NCBI GenBank assembly: GCA_011052215.1
Contig: DRJK01000168.1
Coordinates: 1 to 56,673 of the forward strand
From: Gammaproteobacteria bacterium
GTDB taxonomy: Bacteria > Pseudomonadota > Gammaproteobacteria > JAADHQ01
DNA length: 56,673 nt
Direction: 5' to 3'
Part shown: piece by piece, positions 1 through 10,466 of the stretch
How the letters are laid out: each line of letters opens with the position of its first letter
Position numbering within the stretch: position 1 is the first letter of the stretch
Program-made: the position numbers and the translations under genes
The notes under the pieces: model-generated
Told to the model about the DNA's origin: nothing
Database searches by the model: none
The model's input: only the letters and a program-made list of their open reading frames with translations

Positions 1-1340
1 CCCGTGATACAGGCAACTGTTGCATCCGGGTGTGCTATCTGTACCCCCATAGCCGCGGGTAGTCCGAACCCCATCGTACCCAGTCCGCCTGAATTGATCC
101 AGCGCCTTGGCTTATCAAACTTGTAATATTGTGCGGCCCACATCTGGTGCTGCCCAACATCCGAGGTAACAAATGCATCGCCACTGGTTATCTCATACAG
201 CTTCTGGATAACCATTTGTGGTTTGATTCGATCACTCCCGCTGTCGTATTTCAAACAATCCTTCGACTTCCATTCATCGATCTGCTCCCACCAGTTGGCA
301 AGTTCGGTACTATCCGGCTTCTGCTTGCTGCCCCTGGCGACCTTGATCATGTCCTGTAACACAGCCATGACTCCACCTACAATCGGAATATCGACCTTGA
401 CATTTTTTGCAATGGAGGCAGGGTCAATATCGACATGAATAATCTTTGCCGTTGGGCAGAACTTTTCAATATTACCTGTAACACGGTCGTCAAAACGTGC
501 GCCAATCGCAACAAGAACGTCACAATGATGCATTGCCATATTGGCTTCATAGGTACCGTGCATACCCAACATGCCGAGAAACTGCCGGTCAGTGGCCGGG
601 TAGGCCCCCAGCCCCATCAACGTGTTCGTGATAGGGAAGTTCAGCATACGAATCAGTTCGGTCAGTTCATCACTGGCATTATCCAGAATAACGCCACCAC
701 CGGTGTAAACCATCGGACGTTTTGCACCCGTCATTAATTCAATAGCACGTTTAATTTGCCCGATGTGGCCTTTCACGACCGGATTATAGGAACGCATCGA
801 AACCTTCCGGGGGTAAAAATACTCGGTACGCTCGGCGGTAATATCCTTGGGTATATCGACAACAACCGGACCAGGCCGGCCTGTTGTCGCGACATAGAAT
901 GCCTTTTTGATCGTGGTCGCCAGTTCCCTGATATCCTTGACCAGAAAATTATGCTTGACGCAAGGACGAGTGATGCCGACGGAATCAACTTCCTGGAATG
1001 CATCATTACCGATCAGACTGGTTGGAACCTGGCCGGTGAAAACAACCATGGGTATGGAATCCAGATAGGCTGTGGCGATACCCGTTACCGCGTTCGTCGC
1101 TCCGGGGCCTGACGTTACGAGGACAACCCCGGGCCTGCCTGTTGACCGGGCATAACCGTCTGCGGCATGGGTTGCCGCCTGCTCATGCCGGACAAGAATA
1201 TGCCTGACCTTGTCCTGTTTGAAAAGGGCATCATAAATATGGAGAACGGCACCGCCCGGATATCCAAAAATACAATCAACCCCCTCGTCAGCGAGGCTGC
1301 GGGCGAATATCTCGGCACCGGTTATTTCAACTTTACTCAT
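1..1340 (-). CDS. ilvB: Acetolactate synthase large (catalytic) subunit, 3' end runs off the window
   Basis: Absent from the ORF track because it is truncated. Manual translation from the ATG at 1340 gives [39 protein letters not shown]...[33 protein letters not shown], the AHAS N-terminus. The frame reads ...DATVACITG at the window edge. Confidence 0.95.
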   Translation of the reverse strand, partial: MSKVEITGAEIFARSLADEGVDCIFGYPGGAVLHIYDALFKQDKVRHILVRHEQAATHAADGYARSTGRPGVVLVTSGPGATNAVTGIATAYLDSIPMVVFTGQVPTSLIGNDAFQEVDSVGITRPCVKHNFLVKDIRELATTIKKAFYVATTGRPGPVVVDIPKDITAERTEYFYPRKVSMRSYNPVVKGHIGQIKRAIELMTGAKRPMVYTGGGVILDNASDELTELIRMLNFPITNTLMGLGAYPATDRQFLGMLGMHGTYEANMAMHHCDVLVAIGARFDDRVTGNIEKFCPTAKIIHVDIDPASIAKNVKVDIPIVGGVMAVLQDMIKVARGSKQKPDSTELANWWEQIDEWKSKDCLKYDSGSDRIKPQMVIQKLYEITSGDAFVTSDVGQHQMWAAQYYKFDKPRRWINSGGLGTMGFGLPAAMGVQIAHPDATVACIT

Positions 1341-1687
1341 ATCCTGCTATCTGCAATCAAGCCATCATAATCCGGCAATCTGGTCAGAAAGGCCTTAACC
1401 TGCATATCTCGCCACCTGACAGGAAACGTGGGTTAAACCACGAAATTAACGAAAAACGCCCTCATAAACGGGCGGTTCCATCTAATCCTTTAAACATTAG
1501 AAATTACTGTTATTGCACCTGAAGGTCAAGAAAAATAACAAAAAAATCTTACAAGTTAGTAGAAATAACCGGTTTCATCGAAAAAGCCGACTTAACCCAC
1601 ACAAATATCGGGATTATGCCCTTGCCATCACCCTGTATTGTCTCATAATCTGTCTTAGTGGCTGTTTATGTATGAAGGATAAAAAAC

Positions 1688-2146
1688 ATGTTTAACTTTT
1701 CAAGGCTTGGCCTTGCTTTAATAACAGGATTATTGCTGTCAGCAACTGCTTCGGCCGGGATTTATAAGTGGACGGATGCCTCCGGTAAAGTACACTACAC
1801 CGACCAACCGCCTTCCGGCAAAAAATCCCAGGCCCTGAACCCGAATACGGCATTACCTGACAGCGCACAGGATGCCCGCAAAAATCTTGGCATAAGGGAG
1901 CAGCAGTTCATCAAAAACCGCGAAGAACGCCTGAAAAAAGAGACGGCGGCTAAACAGAAAAAACTGGCTGAAAAGCAACGCAGGAAAGATTGCGTGAAAC
2001 TTCGCCACAACCTGCAGGTCTACCTGACCAGAAACAGGGTCGCGACCATCGTTGATGGCAAGAGTGTCGTGGTTCCGTATGAAGAACGTGTGAAGAAAAT
2101 GGAAAAACTGCGGGTACAGATAGAGAGGTCCTGCGAAGGATTTTAA
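1688..2146 (+). CDS. DUF4124-domain exported protein
   Basis: Signal peptide followed by IYKWTDASGKVHYTDQPP, then a coiled coil and two Cys. Confidence 0.8.
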   Translation: MFNFSRLGLALITGLLLSATASAGIYKWTDASGKVHYTDQPPSGKKSQALNPNTALPDSAQDARKNLGIREQQFIKNREERLKKETAAKQKKLAEKQRRKDCVKLRHNLQVYLTRNRVATIVDGKSVVVPYEERVKKMEKLRVQIERSCEGF

Positions 2147-2190
2147 ACAAAAAAAACGGTACTTTATTCAAGCAAACCAGCGGAGGGGAA

Positions 2191-2535
2191 ATGCCGTATC
2201 TGAAAATCAACACCAACAAATCCATCGACAAGGGTAGCGAAGAAGATATTGCCATCAAGGTATCTGCACTGGTCGCTGAGTTACTGGGAAAGCCGGAGAG
2301 TTATGTCATGACAGAAATCAACTCCGGGCGGACCATGACATTCGCCGGAAGTACAGAACCCCTTGCATACCTGGAGCTGAAGAGTATCGGTTTGCCCGAA
2401 AATAAAACCGCTGTTTTTTCCGAGTCACTGTGCGCCTTTATCCATGAAAATATGGACATTTCACCGGGTCGTGTTTATCTGGAATTTGCTGATGCCCGCA
2501 GAAACATGTGGGGCTGGAACGGCAGTACCTTCTGA
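2191..2535 (+). CDS. MIF-family (phenylpyruvate) tautomerase
   Basis: 114 aa with Pro right after the start Met, GKPESYV, ELKSIG and C-terminal WGWNGSTF. Confidence 0.85.
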   Translation: MPYLKINTNKSIDKGSEEDIAIKVSALVAELLGKPESYVMTEINSGRTMTFAGSTEPLAYLELKSIGLPENKTAVFSESLCAFIHENMDISPGRVYLEFADARRNMWGWNGSTF

Positions 2536-2536
2536 T

Positions 2537-2797
2537 ATGCTGAAGAAAATACTCTGGGCCGTGGTTATCCTGATTGTTGGAGCAGCGGCCATTGCCTACT
2601 TCGACAGGGATTTCAGAAACCAGGTTCTGGAAATGACCGGACAACTGCCCACCAGCACCAAGGTATACAAATGGCAGGATAACAAGGGCATATGGCATGT
2701 CAGCAATACCCCGCCCAGGGACAAACCTTACAAGGAACAGGAATATTTACACAATACCAATGTTATACCATCATTACCTGCCCGGGAGGCCGAATAA
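2537..2797 (+). CDS. Small membrane-anchored DUF4124-like protein
   Basis: Probable start MLKKILWAVV at 2537, one hydrophobic helix, then VYKWQDNKGIWHVSNTPP. Confidence 0.7.
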   Translation: MLKKILWAVVILIVGAAAIAYFDRDFRNQVLEMTGQLPTSTKVYKWQDNKGIWHVSNTPPRDKPYKEQEYLHNTNVIPSLPAREAE

Positions 2798-2902
2798 GCC
2801 CCGGACACCATCACGCTGATCTGTTAAAACAAATACGGTATAATACCTGAACAATCTTCCGGATTCTTTTATATATTACAACTACAGAGTTAAAGTATTC
2901 AT

Positions 2903-4618
2903 ATGCGAGTCTCACGCTTCCCCCTGTCAACTATCAAGGAAATACCCTCCGAAGCTGAAGTCATCAGCCATAAACTAATGATTCGAAGCGGCATGATACG
3001 CAAGCTGGCCTCCGGTATTTACACATGGTTGCCATTGGGCCTGAAAATACTCCGCAAGGCGGAAAATGTAGTACGAGAGGAAATGGATAATGCCGGCGCA
3101 CTGGAACTGCTGATGCCTTCTGTCCAGCCTGCCGAATTGTGGCAGGAGTCAGGCCGATGGGAAAAATACGGGCCCGAACTGCTCCGTTTTAATGACAGGC
3201 ATCAACGGGAATTCTGTTACGGGCCTACGCATGAGGAAGTCATAACCGATATAGTGCGTCATGAAATACGCAGTTACAAACAGCTTCCAGTAAATTACTA
3301 CCAGATACAGACCAAGTTCAGGGATGAGGTTCGACCCCGTTTCGGCATAATGCGTTCACGTGAGTTTCTGATGAAGGATGCATATTCATTCCACCTGACC
3401 CAGGAATCCTTGCAGCAAACCTATGACATCATGTTTGACACCTATAACCGCATCTTTAACCGGCTTGGCCTGAAATTTCGCCCAGTCGAGGCAGATACCG
3501 GCAGCATTGGTGGCAGCGCATCACATGAATTCCATGTCCTTGCCAATTCAGGGGAGGATGCCATTGCTTTTTCAAACAAAAGTCAATATGCAGCCAATGT
3601 GGAAATGGCTCCGGCCATACCCGTTGATGCCGAAAGACCCGCGCCCACAGATGGCATAAAAATAATTGATACACCCGACCAGCATAGTATTGAACAAGTC
3701 AGCCGGTTTCTTGGCGTCAACCCCGAACAATGTGTGAAAACATTACTGGTTCAGGATGATGATAACGGTGTCGTTGCACTGGTATTACGGGGCGATCATC
3801 AACTGAATGAAATCAAGCTTGCGAAAATCGAAGGTATTGCGTTACCGCTGATATTTGCATCCGAAAAACAGGTGATGGATATCGCCGGCTGTAAACCCGG
3901 CTCAATCGGACCGGTCGGTTTGAGTATTCGAATGCTGGTAGACCACAGTGCATCGAACCTGGCTGATTTTGTCTGTGGTGCCAACGAGGATGGAAAACAT
4001 TATACCGGCACAAACTGGCAACGGGATTGCACCATCACGGAAATCGTGGATATACGTAATGTTGTTGATGGTGACCCGAGCCCGGATGGGCAAGGTACGT
4101 TATCGATTGCCCGTGGTATCGAGGTCGGTCATATTTTCCAGCTTGGCACAAAATACAGCGATGCCCTGCAGGCCACGGTTCTTGATGAAAACGGAAAAAA
4201 CACCACCATAACCATGGGTTGCTATGGCATTGGCGTATCAAGGATAGTCGCATCCGCCATAGAACAGAACCATGATGATCACGGTATAATCTGGCCCGAT
4301 GCGCTGGCACCCTTCCAGCTGGCACTGATACCAATCGGTATGCACAAATCCGATGCTGTCAGGCAAGCAGTTGAACAATATTATCGGCAATGGAGTAACG
4401 CCGGCATCGAGGTTTTACTTGATGATCGCAACGTCCGGCCAGGCTTTATGTTTGCCGACATGGAACTGATCGGTATCCCGCATCGGATTGTTGTCAGCGA
4501 CAAGGGACTGGAAAAGGGAGAGCTGGAATACAAGGGAAGAACAGAAGATAAAGTATCATTTATACCGGTCGATAAGATTAAAGACTTCCTGATGGAAAAA
4601 TTGAACAAGCATGCATAA
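2903..4618 (+). CDS. proS: Proline--tRNA ligase
   Basis: 571 aa with [42 protein letters not shown] and the INS editing domain. Confidence 0.98.
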   Translation: MRVSRFPLSTIKEIPSEAEVISHKLMIRSGMIRKLASGIYTWLPLGLKILRKAENVVREEMDNAGALELLMPSVQPAELWQESGRWEKYGPELLRFNDRHQREFCYGPTHEEVITDIVRHEIRSYKQLPVNYYQIQTKFRDEVRPRFGIMRSREFLMKDAYSFHLTQESLQQTYDIMFDTYNRIFNRLGLKFRPVEADTGSIGGSASHEFHVLANSGEDAIAFSNKSQYAANVEMAPAIPVDAERPAPTDGIKIIDTPDQHSIEQVSRFLGVNPEQCVKTLLVQDDDNGVVALVLRGDHQLNEIKLAKIEGIALPLIFASEKQVMDIAGCKPGSIGPVGLSIRMLVDHSASNLADFVCGANEDGKHYTGTNWQRDCTITEIVDIRNVVDGDPSPDGQGTLSIARGIEVGHIFQLGTKYSDALQATVLDENGKNTTITMGCYGIGVSRIVASAIEQNHDDHGIIWPDALAPFQLALIPIGMHKSDAVRQAVEQYYRQWSNAGIEVLLDDRNVRPGFMFADMELIGIPHRIVVSDKGLEKGELEYKGRTEDKVSFIPVDKIKDFLMEKLNKHA

Positions 4619-5198
4619 TCCTTGTAAAAAGATTTCCCTGTTATTACCGCTGTCCTGGCTGTGTCTGGTAGTGGCCAACCCTGCCTTCGCCTCACCACAA
4701 CAAATGGATGAGGCCTTGCGTACTCGCCTGGTCAAGGCCATCAACGATTCAAAAAGCTTCAATGACAAGTTCCTTGCCGAGGTCTGGTTAACCGATATGT
4801 CTCTACGCATGCGTCGATACATAAAAAACAGTGATGACAGAATCAGGATACTCAGAGTCCTGCATGAAGAATCGGCACGAGCAGATATACCGCCCGAAAT
4901 GGTACTGGCTGTCATCGAAACAGAAAGCGCCTTTAACCGATACGCCATTTCATCTGTTGGCGCCAGAGGGCTCATGCAGATCATGCCATTCTGGCTCAGG
5001 GAAATTGGCAAGCCAGGGGAAGACCTGTTTGACATACGAATAAATTTAAGGATTGGCTGTACTATTTTACGTTACTATCTGGACAAGGAAAAGAATGATA
5101 AACGAAAAGCACTTGCAAGGTATAATGGAAGTGTTGGTAAACGCAAATACTCTGACAAGGTCTTCAATGCACTAAGCAGACGCTGGTATAGACAATAA
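4611..5198 (+). CDS. SLT-domain lytic transglycosylase
   Basis: [21 protein letters not shown] and ALARYNGS motifs. Overlaps the proS stop. Confidence 0.9.
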   Translation: MHNPCKKISLLLPLSWLCLVVANPAFASPQQMDEALRTRLVKAINDSKSFNDKFLAEVWLTDMSLRMRRYIKNSDDRIRILRVLHEESARADIPPEMVLAVIETESAFNRYAISSVGARGLMQIMPFWLREIGKPGEDLFDIRINLRIGCTILRYYLDKEKNDKRKALARYNGSVGKRKYSDKVFNALSRRWYRQ

Positions 5199-5200
5199 AT

Positions 5201-5286
5201 GAATATTCGGGGCCGGCGTAAAAACTCACATATATATTTGAGGTCAGAAGGGTTGCAGGGAGTTTTTACGCCGGCCCCGAATATTC
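5201..5286. mobile_element. Miniature inverted-repeat element (70-bp core plus 8-bp flanking direct repeat)
   Basis: Perfect 27-bp inverted repeat, 5201-5227 against 5260-5286. The core GGGGCCGGCGTAAAAACTC...GAGTTTTTACGCCGGCCCC (5209-5278) has GAATATTC on both sides. Confidence 0.6.
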
Positions 5287-5290
5287 TTTT

Positions 5291-6916
5291 ATGAATTTCA
5301 ATCCGAAAGCAACATCAACCAAAACCACGTTAACCATTGCCCTTTTTCTGGTGCTACTGGGAAATTATTCTTTCTGGAAAAATGTCATCGATGTGTTTGA
5401 TGATTTTACTTTTCATAATTCTTTATTTCTTTTTTCAATATTTATTCTGCTGGCTGCATACCTGAATATTATTTTCTCCCTGGTTAGCATCAAATATATC
5501 TTTAAACCCGTCATAATATCCATACTCATTGTATCGTCCTTCAGTGCCTACTTCATGGACTCATACGGTGTCATGATTGATAAGACCATGATGCGAAATG
5601 TACTGGAAACGGATGTCACCGAGTCTTATGAACTATTAAATTTTAAAATGCTCTATTACTTCGTCATCATCGGGTTACTGCCATCACTTATCATCATTAG
5701 AACCAATATAATCTACAAACCATTTCTCAGGGAATCCATCACCCGGATCGGTATTATTTTACTCAGCTTTGCCATATTTGCGTCATGTGCCTTTATTTTC
5801 TACAAGGACTACGCATCGCTGGCAAGAAACAACAGACATTTGCGCCACCTCATAAACCCGACCAATTTTCTTAATGCTATTCATTCGATTATAAAATCAC
5901 ACATGGATAGCGGTGACACCATTCTCAAACCTGTGGGTATGGATGCCACGCTGGCAAAGACATGGCAACAGCGAGGGAAAAAAACACTCACTATTCTGGT
6001 GCTTGGAGAAACAGCCAGGGCCCGTAATTTCTCATTAAATGGTTATAAAAGGGACACCAACCCGATGCTGGCCAGGGAAGATATTATTAATTTCAGCAAC
6101 GTCTACTCATGCGGCACTGCTACAGCCAGCTCGCTTCCATGCATGTTTTCTCATCTTGGCAGACGCTCCTTTAGTGTCAAAAAGGCCAGGGGATATGAAA
6201 GTGTGCTGGATGTTTTATCACATGCCGGGATAAGCGTCCTGTGGCGTGATAATAACTCCGGTTGCAAGGGCACGTGTGACAGGGTTCAGAGTGAAAATAT
6301 GGTAAACCTGAATGTCAAGAAATTCTGCAGCACTGGAGAGTGTCATGATGAAATTCTGTTATACCGACTGCAGGCGTTTATTGACAAATTACAAACCGAT
6401 GCCTTTATCGTTTTACATCAAAAGGGAAGTCATGGCCCTGCCTATTACCTCAGGTATCCGGAAAAATTCAAAAAGTTTACCCCCATATGCGAAACAAACC
6501 AGTTACAGGACTGCAAACGAAATGAAATAGTCAATACATATGATAATACAATTCTTTACACGGATTATTTTATTTCACGCGTTATATCTCTACTAAAGAA
6601 AAATACTAAACAGTTTAATACGGCCATGCTGTATATCTCGGATCACGGTGAATCACTGGGCGAAAGAAACATCTACCTGCATGGCATGCCCTACCTCATT
6701 GCACCCAAGGTACAAAAACATATACCCTTTGTTTTATGGTTTTCAAGGGAATTCGAAACAAATCTTGGTATTGACAAGGCATGTCTGCAACAAAAGAGCA
6801 ATGAGAAATTTTCACATGATAATCTGTTTCACTCGGCCCTGGGACTAATGGATGTTAGAACAGATGTGTATAATAAAAAACTGGATATCTTTTCCAATTG
6901 CAGAAAGACTCTGTAA
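5291..6916 (+). CDS. eptA: Lipid A phosphoethanolamine transferase (EptA/MCR family)
   Basis: Five N-terminal TM segments, LVLGETAR, SCGTATASSLPCMFS (catalytic Thr), HQKGSHGP, SDHGESLGE and YLHG. Confidence 0.93.
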   Translation: MNFNPKATSTKTTLTIALFLVLLGNYSFWKNVIDVFDDFTFHNSLFLFSIFILLAAYLNIIFSLVSIKYIFKPVIISILIVSSFSAYFMDSYGVMIDKTMMRNVLETDVTESYELLNFKMLYYFVIIGLLPSLIIIRTNIIYKPFLRESITRIGIILLSFAIFASCAFIFYKDYASLARNNRHLRHLINPTNFLNAIHSIIKSHMDSGDTILKPVGMDATLAKTWQQRGKKTLTILVLGETARARNFSLNGYKRDTNPMLAREDIINFSNVYSCGTATASSLPCMFSHLGRRSFSVKKARGYESVLDVLSHAGISVLWRDNNSGCKGTCDRVQSENMVNLNVKKFCSTGECHDEILLYRLQAFIDKLQTDAFIVLHQKGSHGPAYYLRYPEKFKKFTPICETNQLQDCKRNEIVNTYDNTILYTDYFISRVISLLKKNTKQFNTAMLYISDHGESLGERNIYLHGMPYLIAPKVQKHIPFVLWFSREFETNLGIDKACLQQKSNEKFSHDNLFHSALGLMDVRTDVYNKKLDIFSNCRKTL

Positions 6917-7014
6917 CCATCTGCATATCAAATACCCCCTCAGAACAGGCAGTATAATGAAGACCCATGAAAGGAACCGTTAGGTATCTTTCTATCCCGC
7001 TCAAATCCATAACT

Positions 7015-7122
7015 CAGCCGCAAATGGACGCAAATACCCGCAAATATTTTATTTCCTAAACCCTTGTTTCCCGCGTATGGGCACAAATAGACATTATCAA
7101 TATTTGCGCCCATTTGCGGCTG
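7015..7122. repeat. Long-spacer inverted repeat built from ~10-bp CGCAAAT units
   Basis: CAGCCGCAAATGGACGCAAATA (7015-7036) pairs with TATTTGCGCCCATTTGCGGCTG (7101-7122) with 1 mismatch. A third CCGCAAAT unit follows the left arm. Confidence 0.7.
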
Positions 7123-7215
7123 TCTCTTTACATGCCGTAACGGCTGAGCCTCTTTGTGTCTCACCGCCTGAGGCGGTAACTTGCCTGCTTTTAATTCATC
7201 GTGACATCGGCTTGA

Positions 7216-7485
7216 TTATTTCACAACAAAGCCCGAAATATTCTCATATTCAAGATTTTCGAGCTTCACATCTTTGACGATGGCCATTTTCGGGCCTTCC
7301 CCTAACCAGTGACAGAACAAATCAACTTTACCACTATCACCACTGACCATAACTTCAACTGAGCCATCCGGGAGGTTTTTTACCCAGCCCGATACGCCGG
7401 TTTCGTATGCCTTTCTCTGCGCCGAGTCCCTGAAAAACACGCCCTGAACCCGCCCATGTACAATACAGTGTCTACGGATTTTCAT
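7216..7485 (-). CDS. acyP: Acylphosphatase
   Basis: VHGRVQGVFFR and GWVKNLPDGSVE signatures, 89 aa. Confidence 0.95.
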   Translation of the reverse strand: MKIRRHCIVHGRVQGVFFRDSAQRKAYETGVSGWVKNLPDGSVEVMVSGDSGKVDLFCHWLGEGPKMAIVKDVKLENLEYENISGFVVK

Positions 7486-8255
7486 GGCAGTATGATTAAT
7501 GCAGGCTGGCCTTTCCTGAAGCCTCCATGAACCGTCTCAAATACAACGTCCAGAAAATAAAGAGGAACCCTGGACTGTCCCGATGGCTCCTGTCCCAGCC
7601 TGGCTATCTTGCCTGAAAATGTCTTTCCTGATGCCTTGATACTCAGGGGATCACCGGCCTTCAACCCTCGCAAAACTTCTGCCTCCAGCTGCGCGCGTGC
7701 AACCATGTGCGTGTTGTCGGCAACAACAATCAGCGTGTTGGCCTGCATATTACTGACAACGGTTTGACCATTATTGGCAAATTTCTGCACGACCATACCG
7801 TTGACCGGGGATCGAATAACACTGTATTCCAGGTCAAGTTTTGCCAGCACAACTTCAGCACGGGCTTCACGCAGTTGTGCATCCGCCTTGCTGAATTCGA
7901 TATTGATCAACTGCTGGTCATGGACTGATATTGAGCTTCGGTCAAACAATTCTTGCCCCCGAACCTTTTCGCGTTCAGCTTCTGCAAAGGTCTCGGTTGC
8001 TCGCACCAGCACACCCTTTGCCTTTGTTATACGGGCACGAAAACTTCTGTCGTCCAGAGTAACCAGTGTCTGCCCTTTTTTAACCTGATCACCCACATCA
8101 ACATGAACCTGCCTTACAATTCCCGACACCGGTGTTGACAGCTCGATGCGCTGAAACCAGTCCAGTACCGCAGGGCGATCACCCGCCAGGCTGAAACCGG
8201 AGAAGATACTTAAACACACCAGCAATATGGCCTGTAATGATATTATACTTTTCAT
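7482..8255 (-). CDS. Efflux periplasmic adaptor (membrane fusion protein)
   Basis: Lipoyl-like halves (VSGIVRQVHVDVGDQVKKGQTL, IRSPVNGMV) around an alpha-hairpin. Lies downstream of a TolC gene. Confidence 0.88.
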   Translation of the reverse strand: MKSIISLQAILLVCLSIFSGFSLAGDRPAVLDWFQRIELSTPVSGIVRQVHVDVGDQVKKGQTLVTLDDRSFRARITKAKGVLVRATETFAEAEREKVRGQELFDRSSISVHDQQLINIEFSKADAQLREARAEVVLAKLDLEYSVIRSPVNGMVVQKFANNGQTVVSNMQANTLIVVADNTHMVARAQLEAEVLRGLKAGDPLSIKASGKTFSGKIARLGQEPSGQSRVPLYFLDVVFETVHGGFRKGQPALIILP

Positions 8256-8262
8256 AATTTAC

Positions 8263-9594
8263 TCACCTGCTAACCGGTTCTGTTTGTTTATTTCCATGGT
8301 CAACTGGTTTACCCAGGGTTGCATCCATTTCGGCCCAGGCCATGGCCAGATCGAAATCTGACCTGGCTGTCTGGTATAAAGAAGCGGAAAACAATGCCAG
8401 GGAATCCCCCAGATCTGATTTAACATCCAGTTCGTACAACGCCCTGCTTTTATCCAGGGCAAGGTCACGGTATTCAGACAATATAGCCGCTTCATCCCTT
8501 TTTGCCCTGAAAATAGTTATCGACTGCCACAACTCCAGTACCTGCTGGTTCAGATCCATTTCATACTGATGCAGCCTGGCTTGTGCATCCAGCATGATGG
8601 TTCTTTGTTTGGCTATCTCTGCGTCTATCGCCCCACTGCTACTCAGCGGCATCTGGAATTGAATCTCTCCTCGCAATATGTCACTGAATCGTGTCTTGCG
8701 TGAATACTCGGCAGCACCCAGCTCCAGATCGATAACCGGTTTCTTTCTGGCTCTGGCTGCAAGCAGCTTTTGACGGGCCGATTCAACCTGTTGACGCAAG
8801 GCGAGCAAGTGCGGGTTATTTAATACCGCCTGTTGTTGCAAGGATTCAATTTCAGGCAACTTTCGTTTTGTTGCCAGCAACTCAGGTCGCACGAGGTTGG
8901 ATGACAGCTGGCCGGGACGGTTCAGAATATTTGCCAGCCTTGACCGGCTCGCTCGTCTGCCGGCATCACTTGCATAGCGTGCACTGCGTGCCTTGTGATA
9001 AATATTCTCGGCCTCCAGTAATTCAACATCGGCGACCTGCCCCAGTTCATTTCTGTCTTTTATTCTACTAAACCTGACAAAGGCAACGGCCATCGTTTCA
9101 TTGTCCCTGGCATAGGCCAGATCAGACAGGATCACATTGAAAAATGCCTGCATTATCTCCAGCCGCTGTTGCGCATTCTGCTCCTCTACCAGTAGCTTCT
9201 GACTCTCGACTGAAAGTTTTGCCGCAGATATATTCGCATCACTATAACCAAAATCATACAGACGTTTTGTTGCCAATAACTCCAGTTTATGGTCATCAAT
9301 CGTCGGGTCTATCGCGATACCGGGAAGTTTAATCCAGCGCAGCCTGCCCTGGATACTGGTCTGCACACCCGTGTTGCCTTCAATCAGATCTCTTTCAGCC
9401 CTGGCTCGTTCGAGTCTGTTCCTTGCAATAACATTGCCCGGGTGACCCCCCGTCGAGAGAGAAAGGGCATAATCCAGCGTCAGGGGTTCGGGTAGCGGAC
9501 CCTGTCCGTTATCACCCGACACACCTGCCGGCCAAATCAGGACTATCATGACTAGCGTCCATTGACAGAGTCCGGACGGGCATAATTTGAACAT
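8263..9594 (-). CDS. TolC-family outer membrane protein
   Basis: Signal peptide, PLTLDYAL, LYDFG and two OEP repeats, 443 aa. Confidence 0.85.
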   Translation of the reverse strand: MFKLCPSGLCQWTLVMIVLIWPAGVSGDNGQGPLPEPLTLDYALSLSTGGHPGNVIARNRLERARAERDLIEGNTGVQTSIQGRLRWIKLPGIAIDPTIDDHKLELLATKRLYDFGYSDANISAAKLSVESQKLLVEEQNAQQRLEIMQAFFNVILSDLAYARDNETMAVAFVRFSRIKDRNELGQVADVELLEAENIYHKARSARYASDAGRRASRSRLANILNRPGQLSSNLVRPELLATKRKLPEIESLQQQAVLNNPHLLALRQQVESARQKLLAARARKKPVIDLELGAAEYSRKTRFSDILRGEIQFQMPLSSSGAIDAEIAKQRTIMLDAQARLHQYEMDLNQQVLELWQSITIFRAKRDEAAILSEYRDLALDKSRALYELDVKSDLGDSLALFSASLYQTARSDFDLAMAWAEMDATLGKPVDHGNKQTEPVSR

Positions 9595-9773
9595 ACGCTA
9601 CCTGTTAATTTTATTCTTTTTCGCTTAATATTGTCTGAAGTGACCCAGCATGTATTCCCTTTTTACCACATATGCTCCTGACTATAATAATTCCCTGCTC
9701 CGAAGCAGGCCCCAATATATCCCACCACGAGCCTTCCTGCCAGATCAAGATACAACTATTGCAATCAGTGCCG

Positions 9774-10334
9774 CTACCTGTTTTTTCGTTTACGCTGTTC
9801 CTTTCGTTTGATTCTTTTATATTTACTAAAGGTCATTTTCCTGTAAATCTCTTCGCTGGTATATTCAGCCAGCCAGATAAATTCATCAATTCCGGAAGTA
9901 GCCCCTGTATATCGAACAACCAGCTTCCCTTTCAGGTTAAAAAAGGCAAATAGTGGTGTTGCCCACTTGTTATTGGAAATCCTGGCGAAATATTTTTTCA
10001 TGGTTGTGGTATTGCCATCGAAGTCAATAATTTCACCATCACTTTCGGTATCCATTTCCAGTATAAGAAATCGTTTCTGGAAATATTCCTGCACCTTGAC
10101 CTGATTCATGATCGTGATCTTCATGCGATGACAGAAGGGACATTCCTCCTGCTGAAAGAACAACAAGACACCTGTTTTCCCGTTCTTTCTCGCATCGGCC
10201 AGATCCTCTGTCAGATCACCTAATGTCTGCTCGTAAAAATATTTGGCCGGATCGCGAGGCATGGCCGCAAAAACAGTACCCGCAACTGCCCAGATTAATA
10301 AAAGTGGCAATATTTTGCGAAAAACAAGCGTCAT
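9774..10334 (-). CDS. Periplasmic thioredoxin-fold protein, SoxW-like
   Basis: Signal peptide, DLTEDLADARKNGK, CPFC redox motif and a TP cis-Pro loop. Confidence 0.8.
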   Translation of the reverse strand: MTLVFRKILPLLLIWAVAGTVFAAMPRDPAKYFYEQTLGDLTEDLADARKNGKTGVLLFFQQEECPFCHRMKITIMNQVKVQEYFQKRFLILEMDTESDGEIIDFDGNTTTMKKYFARISNNKWATPLFAFFNLKGKLVVRYTGATSGIDEFIWLAEYTSEEIYRKMTFSKYKRIKRKEQRKRKNR

Positions 10335-10466
10335 ATCAGAATTCCGGGTTATTAGCGGTTATAATTAGCAGGATGTCAGCTTATCCAATATACACTTGTC
10401 TGCACAAGCCTGTGTACAATATTTTTTGACATGTGTCGTTAACAAAGGTTTCGGACTTTTCATAAA

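Noticed and set aside
129-1370. Short ORFs listed in the track at the window start
   Set aside because: All overlap the real minus-strand ilvB, which the track missed because it is truncated.
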